NCBI GenBank assembly: GCA_028691955.1
Contig: JAQUYH010000002.1
Location: 13,012 to 77,011 of the forward strand
DNA from: Bacilli bacterium
GTDB taxonomy: Bacteria > Bacillota_I > Bacilli_A > RF39 > UBA660
Length of the DNA stretch: 64,000 nucleotides
Reading direction: 5' to 3'
In this document: piece by piece, positions 21,398 through 31,550 of the stretch
Layout of the letters: each line of letters begins with the position of its first letter
How positions within the stretch are numbered: the stretch's first letter is position 1
Position numbers and translations under genes: made by a program
Notes under the pieces: model-generated
The model's input: the letters and a program-made list of their open reading frames with translations, nothing else
Databases searched by the model: none
Told to the model about the DNA's origin: nothing

Positions 21398-21415
21398 ATT
21401 ATCACTTCTATCCTA

Positions 21416-22414
21416 TTAAAAATCACTTTCCACTACTCTGATTTCTTCTATTGTTACATCAGGTAGCTCAATATTTTCTTCCTCACATATTTGCTTAAAT
21501 TTTTCTTTAAATAATTTTAACTCTTTTATTATGGTATCAGGATAAATTCTTTTACTCAACTTAAGTGCATTATAAAAGTCTAATATAGTAACGTAATCTC
21601 TATTATTATATACAGCTTGAGAAAACGCTTGAGCTAAAACAGAAAAAGCAACATCAGGGTACATTGCAGCTAATCCATAAACTCTTTTAAAAGGTCCTGT
21701 TGCTGAAACTATAGAGGTAATAAGCATTTCAGTCACAAAGTTAGTATATTTTATATAAGCTTTTGTTTTATATTCAAATCTGGGGATACTTTTCATTAAA
21801 ATTTCGACAGTTGTTTCCTGAGTAGGTTCTTGTACCTCAATTCTCTCAAAACGCCTTAAAAACGCTCTATCACGAACAATATAAGCTTCATATTCTTCAG
21901 TAGTTGTAGCTCCAATAGCCTTCATATCACCTCTATCCAAAGCAGGTTTAAGTATGTTAGCTAAATCCATTGGGCCACTACCTTTACCACCAATTAAAGT
22001 ATGAACCTCATCAATAAATAATATTGTTCTTGTAATATCTTTAAGTTCTCTCATCAAAACACTAATAACCATCTCTTCCGTATTATCAATAGTCACTTTG
22101 CCTAATAAAGAAGTTGAGTTAATTTTTATAATCTTATAGCCTTTTAAAGCTTCAGGAACCTCATTTCTTTGAATCAAATAAGCAAGACCTTCAACTATAG
22201 CTGTTTTACCAATACCAGCTTTACCAGTTAACAAAGCAGATTTATCAGGAGTAAGTAAAACAAGCATTAATTTTTTAATTTCATCATCACGAGCTATAGC
22301 TGGATTAGTTACATAAGTTCTACCAACTAATTCCTCACCATACATCTTAATAACACTAAATTTTTCTGGTTTTTCTTCTTTCTCAAAATCCACTACTTCA
22401 ATATCATCAGCCAT
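21416..22414 (-). CDS. stand-alone Clp/Hsp100 D1-type AAA+ ATPase (single nucleotide-binding domain) with a unique C-terminal domain
   Basis: 332 aa. LLTGKAGIGKTAIVEGLAYLIQRNEVPEALKG...ILFIDEVHTLIGG...LKPALDRGDMKAIGATTTEEYEAYIVRDRAFLRRFERIEVQEP closely matches the ClpB/ClpC D1 domain. There is no N-domain, no middle domain and no D2. Confidence 0.7.
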   Translation of the reverse strand: MADDIEVVDFEKEEKPEKFSVIKMYGEELVGRTYVTNPAIARDDEIKKLMLVLLTPDKSALLTGKAGIGKTAIVEGLAYLIQRNEVPEALKGYKIIKINSTSLLGKVTIDNTEEMVISVLMRELKDITRTILFIDEVHTLIGGKGSGPMDLANILKPALDRGDMKAIGATTTEEYEAYIVRDRAFLRRFERIEVQEPTQETTVEILMKSIPRFEYKTKAYIKYTNFVTEMLITSIVSATGPFKRVYGLAAMYPDVAFSVLAQAFSQAVYNNRDYVTILDFYNALKLSKRIYPDTIIKELKLFKEKFKQICEEENIELPDVTIEEIRVVESDF

Positions 22415-22417
22415 ATT

Positions 22418-22840
22418 TTACTCCTTTATATATCCCCATTGTATCATTTTATCTTTAACGAAAGAATAATCTCTTGAACCAACTATCCTTGATAATGTAT
22501 TCTCTTCCACACCATCTACAACATTAATAGTAGTTGGCGTTCCTGCATAATAAAAATAAGATTTCAGATTATTTATTTCATTTTCATCAGTTATTTTAGA
22601 TATATCAATATATTTAACATCTATACCATATTTTTTATTAATTTCTTCTAAAGTCAATTTATATTCATCACAATGTGTACAATTAGATGAACCAATCATT
22701 AACATAAAAGATTCTTTATTATTTAACATATTAATTAATTCATCATAACTTACTTCTGTATAACCAACACCAGAATTTTTACAACCCGATATAATAAATA
22801 CAGAAAATAAGATCAATAAAAATTGTATTGCTTTCTTCAT
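22418..22840 (-). CDS. thioredoxin-fold lipoprotein (CxxC; bacteriocin-transport-accessory-protein-like)
   Basis: 140 aa. Lipobox FIISGC, then a CTHC redox motif in a Trx-like context. Stop lies 4 nt from the AAA+ gene start. Confidence 0.6.
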   Translation of the reverse strand: MKKAIQFLLILFSVFIISGCKNSGVGYTEVSYDELINMLNNKESFMLMIGSSNCTHCDEYKLTLEEINKKYGIDVKYIDISKITDENEINNLKSYFYYAGTPTTINVVDGVEENTLSRIVGSRDYSFVKDKMIQWGYIKE

Positions 22841-22901
22841 TTGCTACCTTCTTATCATAATAATTATACATTGTATCAAAACAAAAGTAAAGAAAAAATC
22901 T

Positions 22902-24716
22902 TTACTTATCATCATCCATACTAAGTACAGAAAGGAAGGCTTCTTGTGGTATTTCCACACTGCCAACCATCTTCATACGTTTCTTTCCTTCTTTTTGTTT
23001 TTCTAATAATTTTCTTTTTCTAGAAACATCCCCACCATAGCACTTAGCTAAAACATTTTTACGCATTGCCTTTATATCAGCTCTAGATATTACTTTATTG
23101 CCTATACACGCTTGAATTGGAACTTCAAATTGTTGCCTTGGAATTAATTCTCTTAAATTATCCACAACAGACTTTCCTCTTTTATAAGCAAAATCTTTAT
23201 GAACAATAGTACTTAACGCATCAACTGCTTCACCGTTTAGTAAAATATCCATTTTAACTAAGTCACTAGTTTTATAGCCTATCATCTCATAATCAAAAGA
23301 AGCATATCCTTTGGTAAAAGATTTTAATTTATCAAAAAAATCATAAACAATTTCTGAAAGAGGTATTTCATAATGAATATTAACTCTTGTTTTATCAATA
23401 TATTCCATAGAAACATAGTTGCCTCTTTTATCTTGGCATAGCTTCATGATATCCCCTATATATTCATTAGGAGAAAATATATTAGTTTTAATATATGGCT
23501 CTTCAATAAAATTAATAAGTGTTCTATCAGGTAATTTAGAAGGACTATCAATATCTATCACACTACCGTTTGTCATATTAACTTTATAAATAACAGAAGG
23601 AGATGTTGCAATCAAATCTACATTAAATTCTCTTTCAATTCTTTCTTCAATTATTTCCATGTGTAGAAGGCCTAAAAAGCCACACCTAAATCCAAATCCC
23701 AAAGCTTTAGATGTTTCTGGTTCAAACTCTAAAGAAGCGTCATTTAATTTCAATTTTTCTAAAGCTTCACGAAGCTCTGGATATTTAGAAGACTCCACAG
23801 GATAAATTCCCGTAAATACCATTGGTTTCATTGGCTTATAACCAGGTAATGAAATAGTTGAAGGATTATCTATACTTGTTATAGTATCTCCCACTTTAAC
23901 ATCACTAATGCTTTTTATATTAGCCGATATATATCCTACCTCACCAGCAACCAATTCCTTTTTCTTACTTTCTTTTGGCGTATGGACACCAAGTTCTGTA
24001 ATATCATAAGTAGCTCCTGTTGCCATCATTTTAACAACTTCACCAAGATTAACTTTTCCATTAATAACTCTAGTAAGTATCACTATTCCTCTATATGGGT
24101 CATAAAAGCTATCAAATATCAAAGCTTGTAAAGGTTTATCTACGTCCCCCTTAGGAGCAGGAATTTTTTCTATAATAGCATCAACTAATTCTTTAACCCC
24201 AAGCCCTGTTTTGGCACTTGTAAGTAAAATTTCTTTTTCATCAAATCCAAAAGTATCTATTAATTCTTTTTTTACTTTTTCTACATCAGCATTAGGTAAA
24301 TCTATTTTATTAATCACTGGAATTATTGTTAAGTTACTATCTAACGCTAAATAAAGGTTGGCTAAAGTTTGTGCCTCAATTCCTTGTGCAGCATCAACTA
24401 CTAATATAGCGCCTTCACAAGCAGCTAAACTTCTACTAACTTCATATGTAAAATCAACATGCCCTGGAGTGTCTATTAAATGTAATATATATTCTTCATT
24501 ATTATATTTATATTTTAACTGAACAGCATTTAATTTAATAGTAATACCGCGTTCTCTTTCGATATCCATATTATCAAGTAGCTGGTCTTTTTTTTCTCTT
24601 TCACTAATAGCTCCTGTTAATTCAAGAATTCTATCAGCTAAAGTACTTTTACCATGATCTATATGAGCAATTATTGAAAAATTTCTTATGTTTTTGTTTA
24701 TCATATTCTTCACCAC
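22902..24716 (-). CDS. lepA: elongation factor 4 (LepA)
   Basis: 604 aa. GTPase G1-G5 motifs ([18 protein letters not shown]) and the LepA C-terminal domain. Confidence 0.95.
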   Translation of the reverse strand: MVKNMINKNIRNFSIIAHIDHGKSTLADRILELTGAISEREKKDQLLDNMDIERERGITIKLNAVQLKYKYNNEEYILHLIDTPGHVDFTYEVSRSLAACEGAILVVDAAQGIEAQTLANLYLALDSNLTIIPVINKIDLPNADVEKVKKELIDTFGFDEKEILLTSAKTGLGVKELVDAIIEKIPAPKGDVDKPLQALIFDSFYDPYRGIVILTRVINGKVNLGEVVKMMATGATYDITELGVHTPKESKKKELVAGEVGYISANIKSISDVKVGDTITSIDNPSTISLPGYKPMKPMVFTGIYPVESSKYPELREALEKLKLNDASLEFEPETSKALGFGFRCGFLGLLHMEIIEERIEREFNVDLIATSPSVIYKVNMTNGSVIDIDSPSKLPDRTLINFIEEPYIKTNIFSPNEYIGDIMKLCQDKRGNYVSMEYIDKTRVNIHYEIPLSEIVYDFFDKLKSFTKGYASFDYEMIGYKTSDLVKMDILLNGEAVDALSTIVHKDFAYKRGKSVVDNLRELIPRQQFEVPIQACIGNKVISRADIKAMRKNVLAKCYGGDVSRKRKLLEKQKEGKKRMKMVGSVEIPQEAFLSVLSMDDDK

Positions 24717-24775
24717 TTAAAATATTATAACAGATATTATAAATATTTAATAAAAAAGAATTACAAAAGTAATTC

Positions 24776-25567
24776 TTACCTTAATAAAAATAGCATAGAT
24801 ACTACTGTTCCAATAGTTACTACCATGGTTACTATTGAAAGTAGTATTATATTTATAAAGCCATCATCAAATGTAATCGTAGAATGACCATTAGATTTAA
24901 CTTTTACTTTTCCTCTTTCACTACCACCATCTACGATTTGACTATTAGCTTGTTGTTCTCTTTTAGCATAATCTAACATTGTTTGTAGTTCAGCTTTAGA
25001 CTTACCAAAATCAGAGCCAGGAGCGGGGAAATTACTAGTTTGTTCTAATAACTGTTCTACTTGCATCATTTGATCACTTTCACGATTCCCAGTAGGTAAC
25101 ACATCCGCATTATTGACCTCAGGCGGCATAGCAAAATTTCTAGTGATGTCAACTAAAGTATTCTCCGCTTCATTTTGACCATTAAACCATTCAGCAAAAG
25201 AATTATAAGATGTTTCCAATACAATATCATCATTAAACGGAACATTTAAATTTCCTAACACTTGTTTTGCTTCTTTTGCTTCTTTACTAATTATTCCTTT
25301 TAAAGCAAATCTAGTATCTATTTCATCAATATGATCTAAGTCTTCATCACGAAAAGGTCTAATAATAGATATACGATTAGTATTAGCTAAAGTATTTAGC
25401 TTATCATTAGCTTTATTCTCTAAAACAAAAGTAATGTGTGGATAACCTATACTTTTTGGTACAACCAAATAAAAAGTTCCATTAACTAAATAAACATTAC
25501 TTGTAACTGTTTCAAATAAATTAGTATAAACACTTTTATTTTCTAAAACATCAGCCATAATTATCAC
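24776..25567 (-). CDS. hypothetical protein with C-terminal TM anchor
   Basis: 263 aa. The only hydrophobic segment is the C-terminal IILLSIVTMVVTIGTVVSMLFLL. No recognisable family. Confidence 0.4.
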   Translation of the reverse strand: MIIMADVLENKSVYTNLFETVTSNVYLVNGTFYLVVPKSIGYPHITFVLENKANDKLNTLANTNRISIIRPFRDEDLDHIDEIDTRFALKGIISKEAKEAKQVLGNLNVPFNDDIVLETSYNSFAEWFNGQNEAENTLVDITRNFAMPPEVNNADVLPTGNRESDQMMQVEQLLEQTSNFPAPGSDFGKSKAELQTMLDYAKREQQANSQIVDGGSERGKVKVKSNGHSTITFDDGFINIILLSIVTMVVTIGTVVSMLFLLR

Positions 25568-25568
25568 C

Positions 25569-26012
25569 CTATTCCTGAGTTATAGTTCCAGCACCTCTAG
25601 AATATTTAACTATAGTACCTTCACTGTCATAATTTATTTCAATGGACATAACATATCCATCTTCAGAACTTTCCTTAACAACCACTGCATTATTTTGATC
25701 TGCTTCATCAAGATAATATCCAGCATCTGCCAAATCAATTATATAAAGAGATGCATCTTCTAAAGTAACATCATCATATGTTAACCAAATATATTTGCCT
25801 GACGAGTTTATTCCTTCTTCTACATTAGTAATATTTCTTTCGCCAATAAGAGAATAAATTGAAGGAAACGTATCAGATTCTATTGTAATAACTGAATCTG
25901 TATTAGATATCTTAACCTTATTATTATTCATTAACATATTTGTAACAAACAACCCTACTGCAACTAGTGCTAAAACTATAGCAACCTTAAAACCTTTACT
26001 CATATCATTCAC
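25569..26012 (-). CDS. hypothetical secreted or N-terminally anchored protein
   Basis: 147 aa. N-terminal signal/TM helix (VAIVLALVAVGLFV), acidic remainder. Start lies 2 nt from the upstream gene stop. Confidence 0.4.
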   Translation of the reverse strand: MNDMSKGFKVAIVLALVAVGLFVTNMLMNNNKVKISNTDSVITIESDTFPSIYSLIGERNITNVEEGINSSGKYIWLTYDDVTLEDASLYIIDLADAGYYLDEADQNNAVVVKESSEDGYVMSIEINYDSEGTIVKYSRGAGTITQE

Positions 26013-26097
26013 CTACTATAATAATACCACAAAAATAAAATATATAAAATATAATTCTATAAAAAAACTAACTATTTCTAGTTAGTTAAATATCTAA

Positions 26098-26174
26098 TGG
26101 TGGAGAATAAGAGATTCGAACTCTTGACCCCCTGCGTGCAGGGCAGGTGCTCTAGCCAGCTGAGCTAATTCCCC
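26098..26174 (-). tRNA. tRNA-Ala (anticodon TGC)
   Basis: Reverse complement GGGGAATTAGCTCAGCTGGCTAGAGCACCTGCCCTGCACGCAGGGGGTCAAGAGTTCGAATCTCTTATTCTCCACCA. The G3:U70 Ala identity pair is present. Anticodon loop CCTGCAC has C32 and C33 instead of the usual U33. Confidence 0.8.
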
Positions 26175-26238
26175 AAAACAACAAAGTTATTTTAACATAT
26201 TACATTTAAACATGTCAATATCTTTTTTAAATAAATTA

Positions 26239-26325
26239 TGGTGCTCGTGAAGAGAATCGAACTCTTACATCAAAGATACACGATTTTGAGTCGTGCGCGT
26301 CTACCAGTTCCGCCACACGAGCAAC
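26239..26325 (-). tRNA. tRNA-Leu (anticodon CAA), long variable arm
   Basis: Reverse complement GTTGCTCGTGTGGCGGAACTGGTAGACGCGCACGACTCAAAATCGTGTATCTTTGATGTAAGAGTTCGATTCTCTTCACGAGCACCA, 87 nt. Confidence 0.85.
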
Positions 26326-26385
26326 AAAAAAATTATATCACATAATTAAAATATTGCAAATAGAAATCAATAAAAAAACAGGTAA

Positions 26386-27618
26386 TTATATCTTACCTGT
26401 CGTAATATTATCAATAGAAATGTCTCTAGTATGCTTAATAGGATCCCATTTTACCTTTTTAGTATATAAACAAACGATATTAATAGGTATCCAAGTTATT
26501 AAAAAGAATGGAAAAGTCATAATACCAGTTAAACTATTTTTAACTTCTTTTTTATTATACTTAACAACAAATATAGCAATACCTACACTTAAGAAATAAG
26601 ATAAAACAAAGAACACATATCTATAAGCAAACATAAACGCAAATAAATCATTAAGTCTTATACCAATCCAATTATAAACTAACAGTATTCCAAGTAATAC
26701 CATACCAATTACTTGGCAAACTGGAGCTAAAAAGAATAGACTCATGTCAAAGCAAGCTAAACTTCTTTTTTTAATAGAAGCCTTAAATAACTTCCAAGAA
26801 TATTTAACCAAACATTGATAAGTACCAATTGACCATCTTTTTCTTTGTTTCCAAGAAACTTTAAAATTAAATGGTTGCTCATCATATGTAATAGCATCTT
26901 CAACAAAAACAATTTGTTTACCATTTAAAGCACACTGAGCAGTAAATTCAATATCTTCAGTCATAGTAGATGGATTAAAACCATATTGTTCCAACACCGT
27001 TCTTTTAACCATAAAACCAGTTCCATTAATAGAAGCTGAGCCATTCATGCTCATTCTTGCTTTGCTAAAGAAAATATTTTGTCCCCAATAGAATAAAGAG
27101 TACCCACCACTAATCCAATTATCATTAGGATTTTTACTATCTCTAAATCCTTGAGCAACTTCATATCCTTCACATAAAGCATCATTCATTCTAGATAAAA
27201 AATTAGGATGAACAATATTATCCGCATCAAACACAATAAAAGCATCATAATCCTTTTTTAATAAAACATCAAAAACATGTTTTAAAACTTCACCCTTAGA
27301 TGAAACCTTGTGTTTGCACTCAATAATACTAGCTCCTGCATCTCTTGCAGCCTGATCAGTATTATCAGTACAATTATTAGGAATAACATAAACTTCATAT
27401 AAGCTTCTTGGATAATTTTGCTTTAACAAACTATCAACTAATTTGCCAATAACAGTTTCTTCATTTCTAGATGCCACTAATATAGCAATTTTATTCTTTG
27501 GCTTATGTTTTCCAATCTTAACTTTAGCTTCCCTAAAAATAAAAAGACCAGTTAAACCAAAATACAATCCATACAATAAAGTTGGAATAAATATTAAATA
27601 ATATAATAATTGAAACAT
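26386..27618 (-). CDS. processive GT2 glycosyltransferase (DxD plus QxxRW; glycolipid or exopolysaccharide synthase type, IcaA/MG517-like)
   Basis: 410 aa. N-terminal TM helices, DADNIV and QRKRW motifs, C-terminal TM bundle. Confidence 0.7.
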   Translation of the reverse strand: MFQLLYYLIFIPTLLYGLYFGLTGLFIFREAKVKIGKHKPKNKIAILVASRNEETVIGKLVDSLLKQNYPRSLYEVYVIPNNCTDNTDQAARDAGASIIECKHKVSSKGEVLKHVFDVLLKKDYDAFIVFDADNIVHPNFLSRMNDALCEGYEVAQGFRDSKNPNDNWISGGYSLFYWGQNIFFSKARMSMNGSASINGTGFMVKRTVLEQYGFNPSTMTEDIEFTAQCALNGKQIVFVEDAITYDEQPFNFKVSWKQRKRWSIGTYQCLVKYSWKLFKASIKKRSLACFDMSLFFLAPVCQVIGMVLLGILLVYNWIGIRLNDLFAFMFAYRYVFFVLSYFLSVGIAIFVVKYNKKEVKNSLTGIMTFPFFLITWIPINIVCLYTKKVKWDPIKHTRDISIDNITTGKI

Positions 27619-27685
27619 AAAGTCCCCTCTTTTTCTAATAGTAATTATAGCATATATAACTTTTTTGTCAAACTAAGTATTCAAC

Positions 27686-28393
27686 CTAATTACTTACTAT
27701 AAATACATATCTATCAACACCAGTTAAGTCTTTTTCTATAATAACAGATGAAGTTTTTAGATATCTTAAAGCAATTTCTTTTACTTTTTCACCTTGAGTT
27801 TCTCCAATTTCAAAAGCAATTAAATATTTTAAATTCAAATGACTTCTTATTTCACTTAATATTCTTTCATAAAAGCTAAGTCCCTCATCATCAGCATATA
27901 AAGCAATATGAGGTTCATTATTTTTAACAACTTCCATAATTTCTTCATCTTTTGCAATATATGGTGGATTACTAATTATAACATCATACGTTTTATCAAC
28001 ATTAGAAAAAATATCACTTAAAAAGAAATTAACATCACTATTATTCAATAAATTATTTTCTTTAGCAACCTCTAAAGCATCTTTACTAATATCAACAGCG
28101 TCCACAATAGCTCCAGTTTGCTTACTCAAAGTAATAGCAATACATCCACTACCAGTTCCAATATCTAACATGGTAACATTATAATCAAATAAATTATTAA
28201 TATATTCAATAGTTTTTCTAACTAATTCTTCTGTTTCAAATCTTGGAATTAAAACACTATTATTAACCTTAAAATCATATCCATAAAAATTAACATCGCC
28301 AACTATATATTGAACAGGAATGCCCTCTTCTAATTTTTTTAAAGCATCATTAATGTCACCTTTATAATATTTTCTTAAATACTCTTCTTCCAT
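27686..28393 (-). CDS. prmC: release factor glutamine N5-methyltransferase PrmC (HemK)
   Basis: 235 aa. NPPY catalytic motif (ISNPPYI) and SAM-binding DIGTGSG. Immediately downstream of prfA with overlapping stop/start. Confidence 0.85.
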   Translation of the reverse strand: MEEEYLRKYYKGDINDALKKLEEGIPVQYIVGDVNFYGYDFKVNNSVLIPRFETEELVRKTIEYINNLFDYNVTMLDIGTGSGCIAITLSKQTGAIVDAVDISKDALEVAKENNLLNNSDVNFFLSDIFSNVDKTYDVIISNPPYIAKDEEIMEVVKNNEPHIALYADDEGLSFYERILSEIRSHLNLKYLIAFEIGETQGEKVKEIALRYLKTSSVIIEKDLTGVDRYVFIVSN

Positions 28394-29469
28394 TATTCTC
28401 CTCTTAATAATCTGTTTTGATCTTCTGTTATTAAAGCCTCAATAATTTCATCAAGTGCGCCTTCCATTATTCTATCAAGCTGCTTTATAGTTAAGCCAAT
28501 TCTATGATCAGTCACTCTATTTTGTGGATAATTATAAGTTCTAATCTTCTCTGATCTATCTCCACTACCAATTTTATTTTTTCTTTCATTGCCTTCTTTT
28601 TCTTCTTTATCACGAAGCTCTTTTTCATACAACCTTGTTCTTAACATTTGCATACAAGATTCTCTATTTTGAATTTGGCTTCTTTCATTTTGACAAGTTA
28701 CAACAATACCTGTTGGAATATGTATTATTCTAACAGCAGAGTCTGTTGTATTAACCCCTTGACCACCATGACCACCACTTCTAAAAATATCAACTCGAAT
28801 TTCTTCATTCTTGATTTCTACTTCAAGCTCTTCAGCTTCAGGCATAACCAAAACAGTGGCCGTTGAAGTATGAACTCTACCTTGAGCTTCTGTTTCTGGT
28901 ACTCTTTGAACTCTATGAGCACCACTTTCATACTTAAGTTTAGAATAAACATCTTTTCCCTTTACCTTAAACTCAATTTGCGAAAATCCTCCCATTTCAC
29001 CCTTTTCTTCATTTAAAATTTCATACTTCCATCCTTGTTTTTCAAAGTATTTTGTATACATTCTAAATAAATCACCAGCAAAAATATTAGCCTCATCTCC
29101 TCCAGCAGCTCCTCTAATTTCAATAATTACATCTTTTCCATCATTAGGATCTTTTGGAAGTAATAAAACTTCTATTTCTTTTTCAAGCCCCTCTTTTTTA
29201 ACAATTAACAAATCTAATTCTTCTCTAGCTATTTCACACATTTCGCTATCTCTTAACATCTCTTTAGCATCTTCCATGGCTGTAAGTACCTTCTTATATT
29301 CAACATACGCATTATATGCGTCTTCCAAAGAAGACTGCTCTTTAGTTAAAGATAAAGTTTTCTTAATATCAGATATAACTTCTTGACTAGTAAGTAGACC
29401 AGTTAATTCATTATATCTTTTTGTAATAGCTTCTAATCTCTCTATCATATTTTCACTCATTTCCTTCAA
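28393..29469 (-). CDS. prfA: peptide chain release factor 1
   Basis: 358 aa. GGQ motif, and a PET tripeptide (RF1-type PxT) in RVQRVPETEAQGR. Confidence 0.95.
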   Translation of the reverse strand: MKEMSENMIERLEAITKRYNELTGLLTSQEVISDIKKTLSLTKEQSSLEDAYNAYVEYKKVLTAMEDAKEMLRDSEMCEIAREELDLLIVKKEGLEKEIEVLLLPKDPNDGKDVIIEIRGAAGGDEANIFAGDLFRMYTKYFEKQGWKYEILNEEKGEMGGFSQIEFKVKGKDVYSKLKYESGAHRVQRVPETEAQGRVHTSTATVLVMPEAEELEVEIKNEEIRVDIFRSGGHGGQGVNTTDSAVRIIHIPTGIVVTCQNERSQIQNRESCMQMLRTRLYEKELRDKEEKEGNERKNKIGSGDRSEKIRTYNYPQNRVTDHRIGLTIKQLDRIMEGALDEIIEALITEDQNRLLRGE

Positions 29470-29515
29470 TGATTATACTATAAATTAATCCCTATTGACA
29501 ACAAAATTACTATTG

Positions 29516-30868
29516 CTAGTAATTTTCTTCGCCCCTATTTTTAAATTGTAAAACAATTGGTGTACCTTCAAAATCGAAAGATTCTCTTATTTTATTTTCT
29601 AAATATCTTTCATAAGAAAAATGTACAAGTCCCTTATTATTAACTGATATATTAAATGTTGGAGGACAATTATTTGCCTGATTAACAAAATATATCTTAA
29701 GTCTTTTACCTTTATAAGAAGGTGGAATATTTAATTCATAAGCTTCCCTTATTACATTATTAAGTAAACTTGTAGCGATTTCCTTCTTACTATTATTATA
29801 TACTTTAATTATTTCAGGCATTAAAGTATGAATCCTCTTTTTAGTTAAAGAAGATAAAAATACTATAGGAGCATAAGGCATAAATTGAAAATTATTTCTA
29901 ATATCCTTAATAAACTTTTTCATATTCTCATCTTTATTATCAATTAAATCCCACTTATTAACAACAATTACAATAGGCTTACCTGCTTCAATCGCATAGC
30001 CTGCAATATGCTTATCATGTTCAATAATACCTTCTTCTGCATTTATTACTAAAACACAAACATTACATCTATCAATTGCCTTCATACTTCTTAGTAAGCT
30101 ATATCTTTCAATAGACTCATATACTTTACCCTTTTTACGCATTCCCGCTGTATCAATAACAGTAAAAACTTCTTCATTATAAGTAAAATCAGTATCAATA
30201 GCATCTCTCGTTGTTCCAGCAACATCACTTACTATTACACGTTCCTCATTTAACAAAGCATTAACCAAACTACTTTTCCCTACATTTGGTCTACCAATAA
30301 CTGAAAACTTAATTTTATTATCTTCTTTTTCTTCTACCTTTTTAAAATCTTTAGTTATTTCATTTAATAAATCAGTAAAGCCCATATTTTGCTCACCACT
30401 AACAGGATAAATATTATCAAAGCCTAACTCATAAAAATCATACATATGACTTTTATACTCTTTACTATCTATTTTATTAATAACCAAAATAACCTTTTTA
30501 TTACTTTTTCTAAGCATCTTTTTTACTTCATGATCATTTGCTGTTAAACCTTCTTTGCCATCAACAACAAATAAAATCACATCAGCTTCATCAATAGCAA
30601 GTTCAGCTTGAACCTTTATTTCATTATTAAATATAGCATTATCAACATCTATACCGCCAGTATCAATCAAATGAAACATAAAATCATTATAATTTACTGT
30701 CCCATAAATTCTATCTCTAGTAATACCTGGAGTATCTTCGATAATAGACACATTTTTTTTAACTAGACGATTAAAAATAGTTGACTTACCAACATTAGGT
30801 CTACCAAGTAACGCAACAACGTTTTTTCTCATAAAATTCACCTCAAAATCTCGTGTATTATAGCACAC
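29516..30868 (-). CDS. der: ribosome-biogenesis GTPase Der (EngA), tandem GTPase domains plus KH-like domain
   Basis: 450 aa. Two GxxxxGKS P-loops (GRPNVGKST, GRPNVGKSS). The true start is probably the internal MRKNVVALLG at about 30832. Confidence 0.9.
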   Translation of the reverse strand: MCYNTRDFEVNFMRKNVVALLGRPNVGKSTIFNRLVKKNVSIIEDTPGITRDRIYGTVNYNDFMFHLIDTGGIDVDNAIFNNEIKVQAELAIDEADVILFVVDGKEGLTANDHEVKKMLRKSNKKVILVINKIDSKEYKSHMYDFYELGFDNIYPVSGEQNMGFTDLLNEITKDFKKVEEKEDNKIKFSVIGRPNVGKSSLVNALLNEERVIVSDVAGTTRDAIDTDFTYNEEVFTVIDTAGMRKKGKVYESIERYSLLRSMKAIDRCNVCVLVINAEEGIIEHDKHIAGYAIEAGKPIVIVVNKWDLIDNKDENMKKFIKDIRNNFQFMPYAPIVFLSSLTKKRIHTLMPEIIKVYNNSKKEIATSLLNNVIREAYELNIPPSYKGKRLKIYFVNQANNCPPTFNISVNNKGLVHFSYERYLENKIRESFDFEGTPIVLQFKNRGEENY

Positions 30869-30901
30869 TTTTCAAATTAAAAAAAGATTATAAAAAATCT
30901 T

Positions 30902-31498
30902 TTATATTATTCTCTCTATTTTATCATATACTTCATTTCTACCCATTTTAGTTATATTAGAAAACACTATAAAATCGTCTCCTACAACTAAATCTAAATC
31001 ATTTAAAATAACACTTCTTTGCTTTTGATATAAAGAATTAGAAACCTTATCAGATTTAGTAGCTACAATCGTAACTGGCAGCTTATAATGTTTCAAATAA
31101 TTATACATCATAATATCATCTTGACTAGGTTTATGTCTAAAATCAATCAACATAAAAACTTGCTTTAAATTTTTTCTATTTACTAAATAATCTTCCATCA
31201 TTAAACCAAATTTTTTTTGCTTTTTTTTACTTAAATTAGCATAACCATATCCTGGAGCATCAACTAAATAAAAATCTTCATTAACTAAATAAAAATTAAT
31301 CGTTTGTGTTTTCCCAGGATTAGCTGAAGTTCTAGCAAAATTTTTTCTATTTATTAAAGTATTTATAAAACTACTTTTACCTACATTAGATCTTCCAACA
31401 AGTAAAAACTCGCATTTTTCATCAGATGGATATTGACTTCTTCTAACAGCGCTAATTACTAATTGTGTACTATTTATTTTCATAAAATTCACCTGCAT
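30902..31498 (-). CDS. engB: ribosome-biogenesis GTP-binding protein EngB (YsxC/YihA)
   Basis: 198 aa. VGRSNVGKSSFINTL P-loop and the YihA family pattern. Confidence 0.85.
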   Translation of the reverse strand: MQVNFMKINSTQLVISAVRRSQYPSDEKCEFLLVGRSNVGKSSFINTLINRKNFARTSANPGKTQTINFYLVNEDFYLVDAPGYGYANLSKKKQKKFGLMMEDYLVNRKNLKQVFMLIDFRHKPSQDDIMMYNYLKHYKLPVTIVATKSDKVSNSLYQKQRSVILNDLDLVVGDDFIVFSNITKMGRNEVYDKIERII

Positions 31499-31550
31499 TT
31501 ATCAAGATTAAGTATAACATTACTTATATGTTTTGTCAAAGAATACATTA

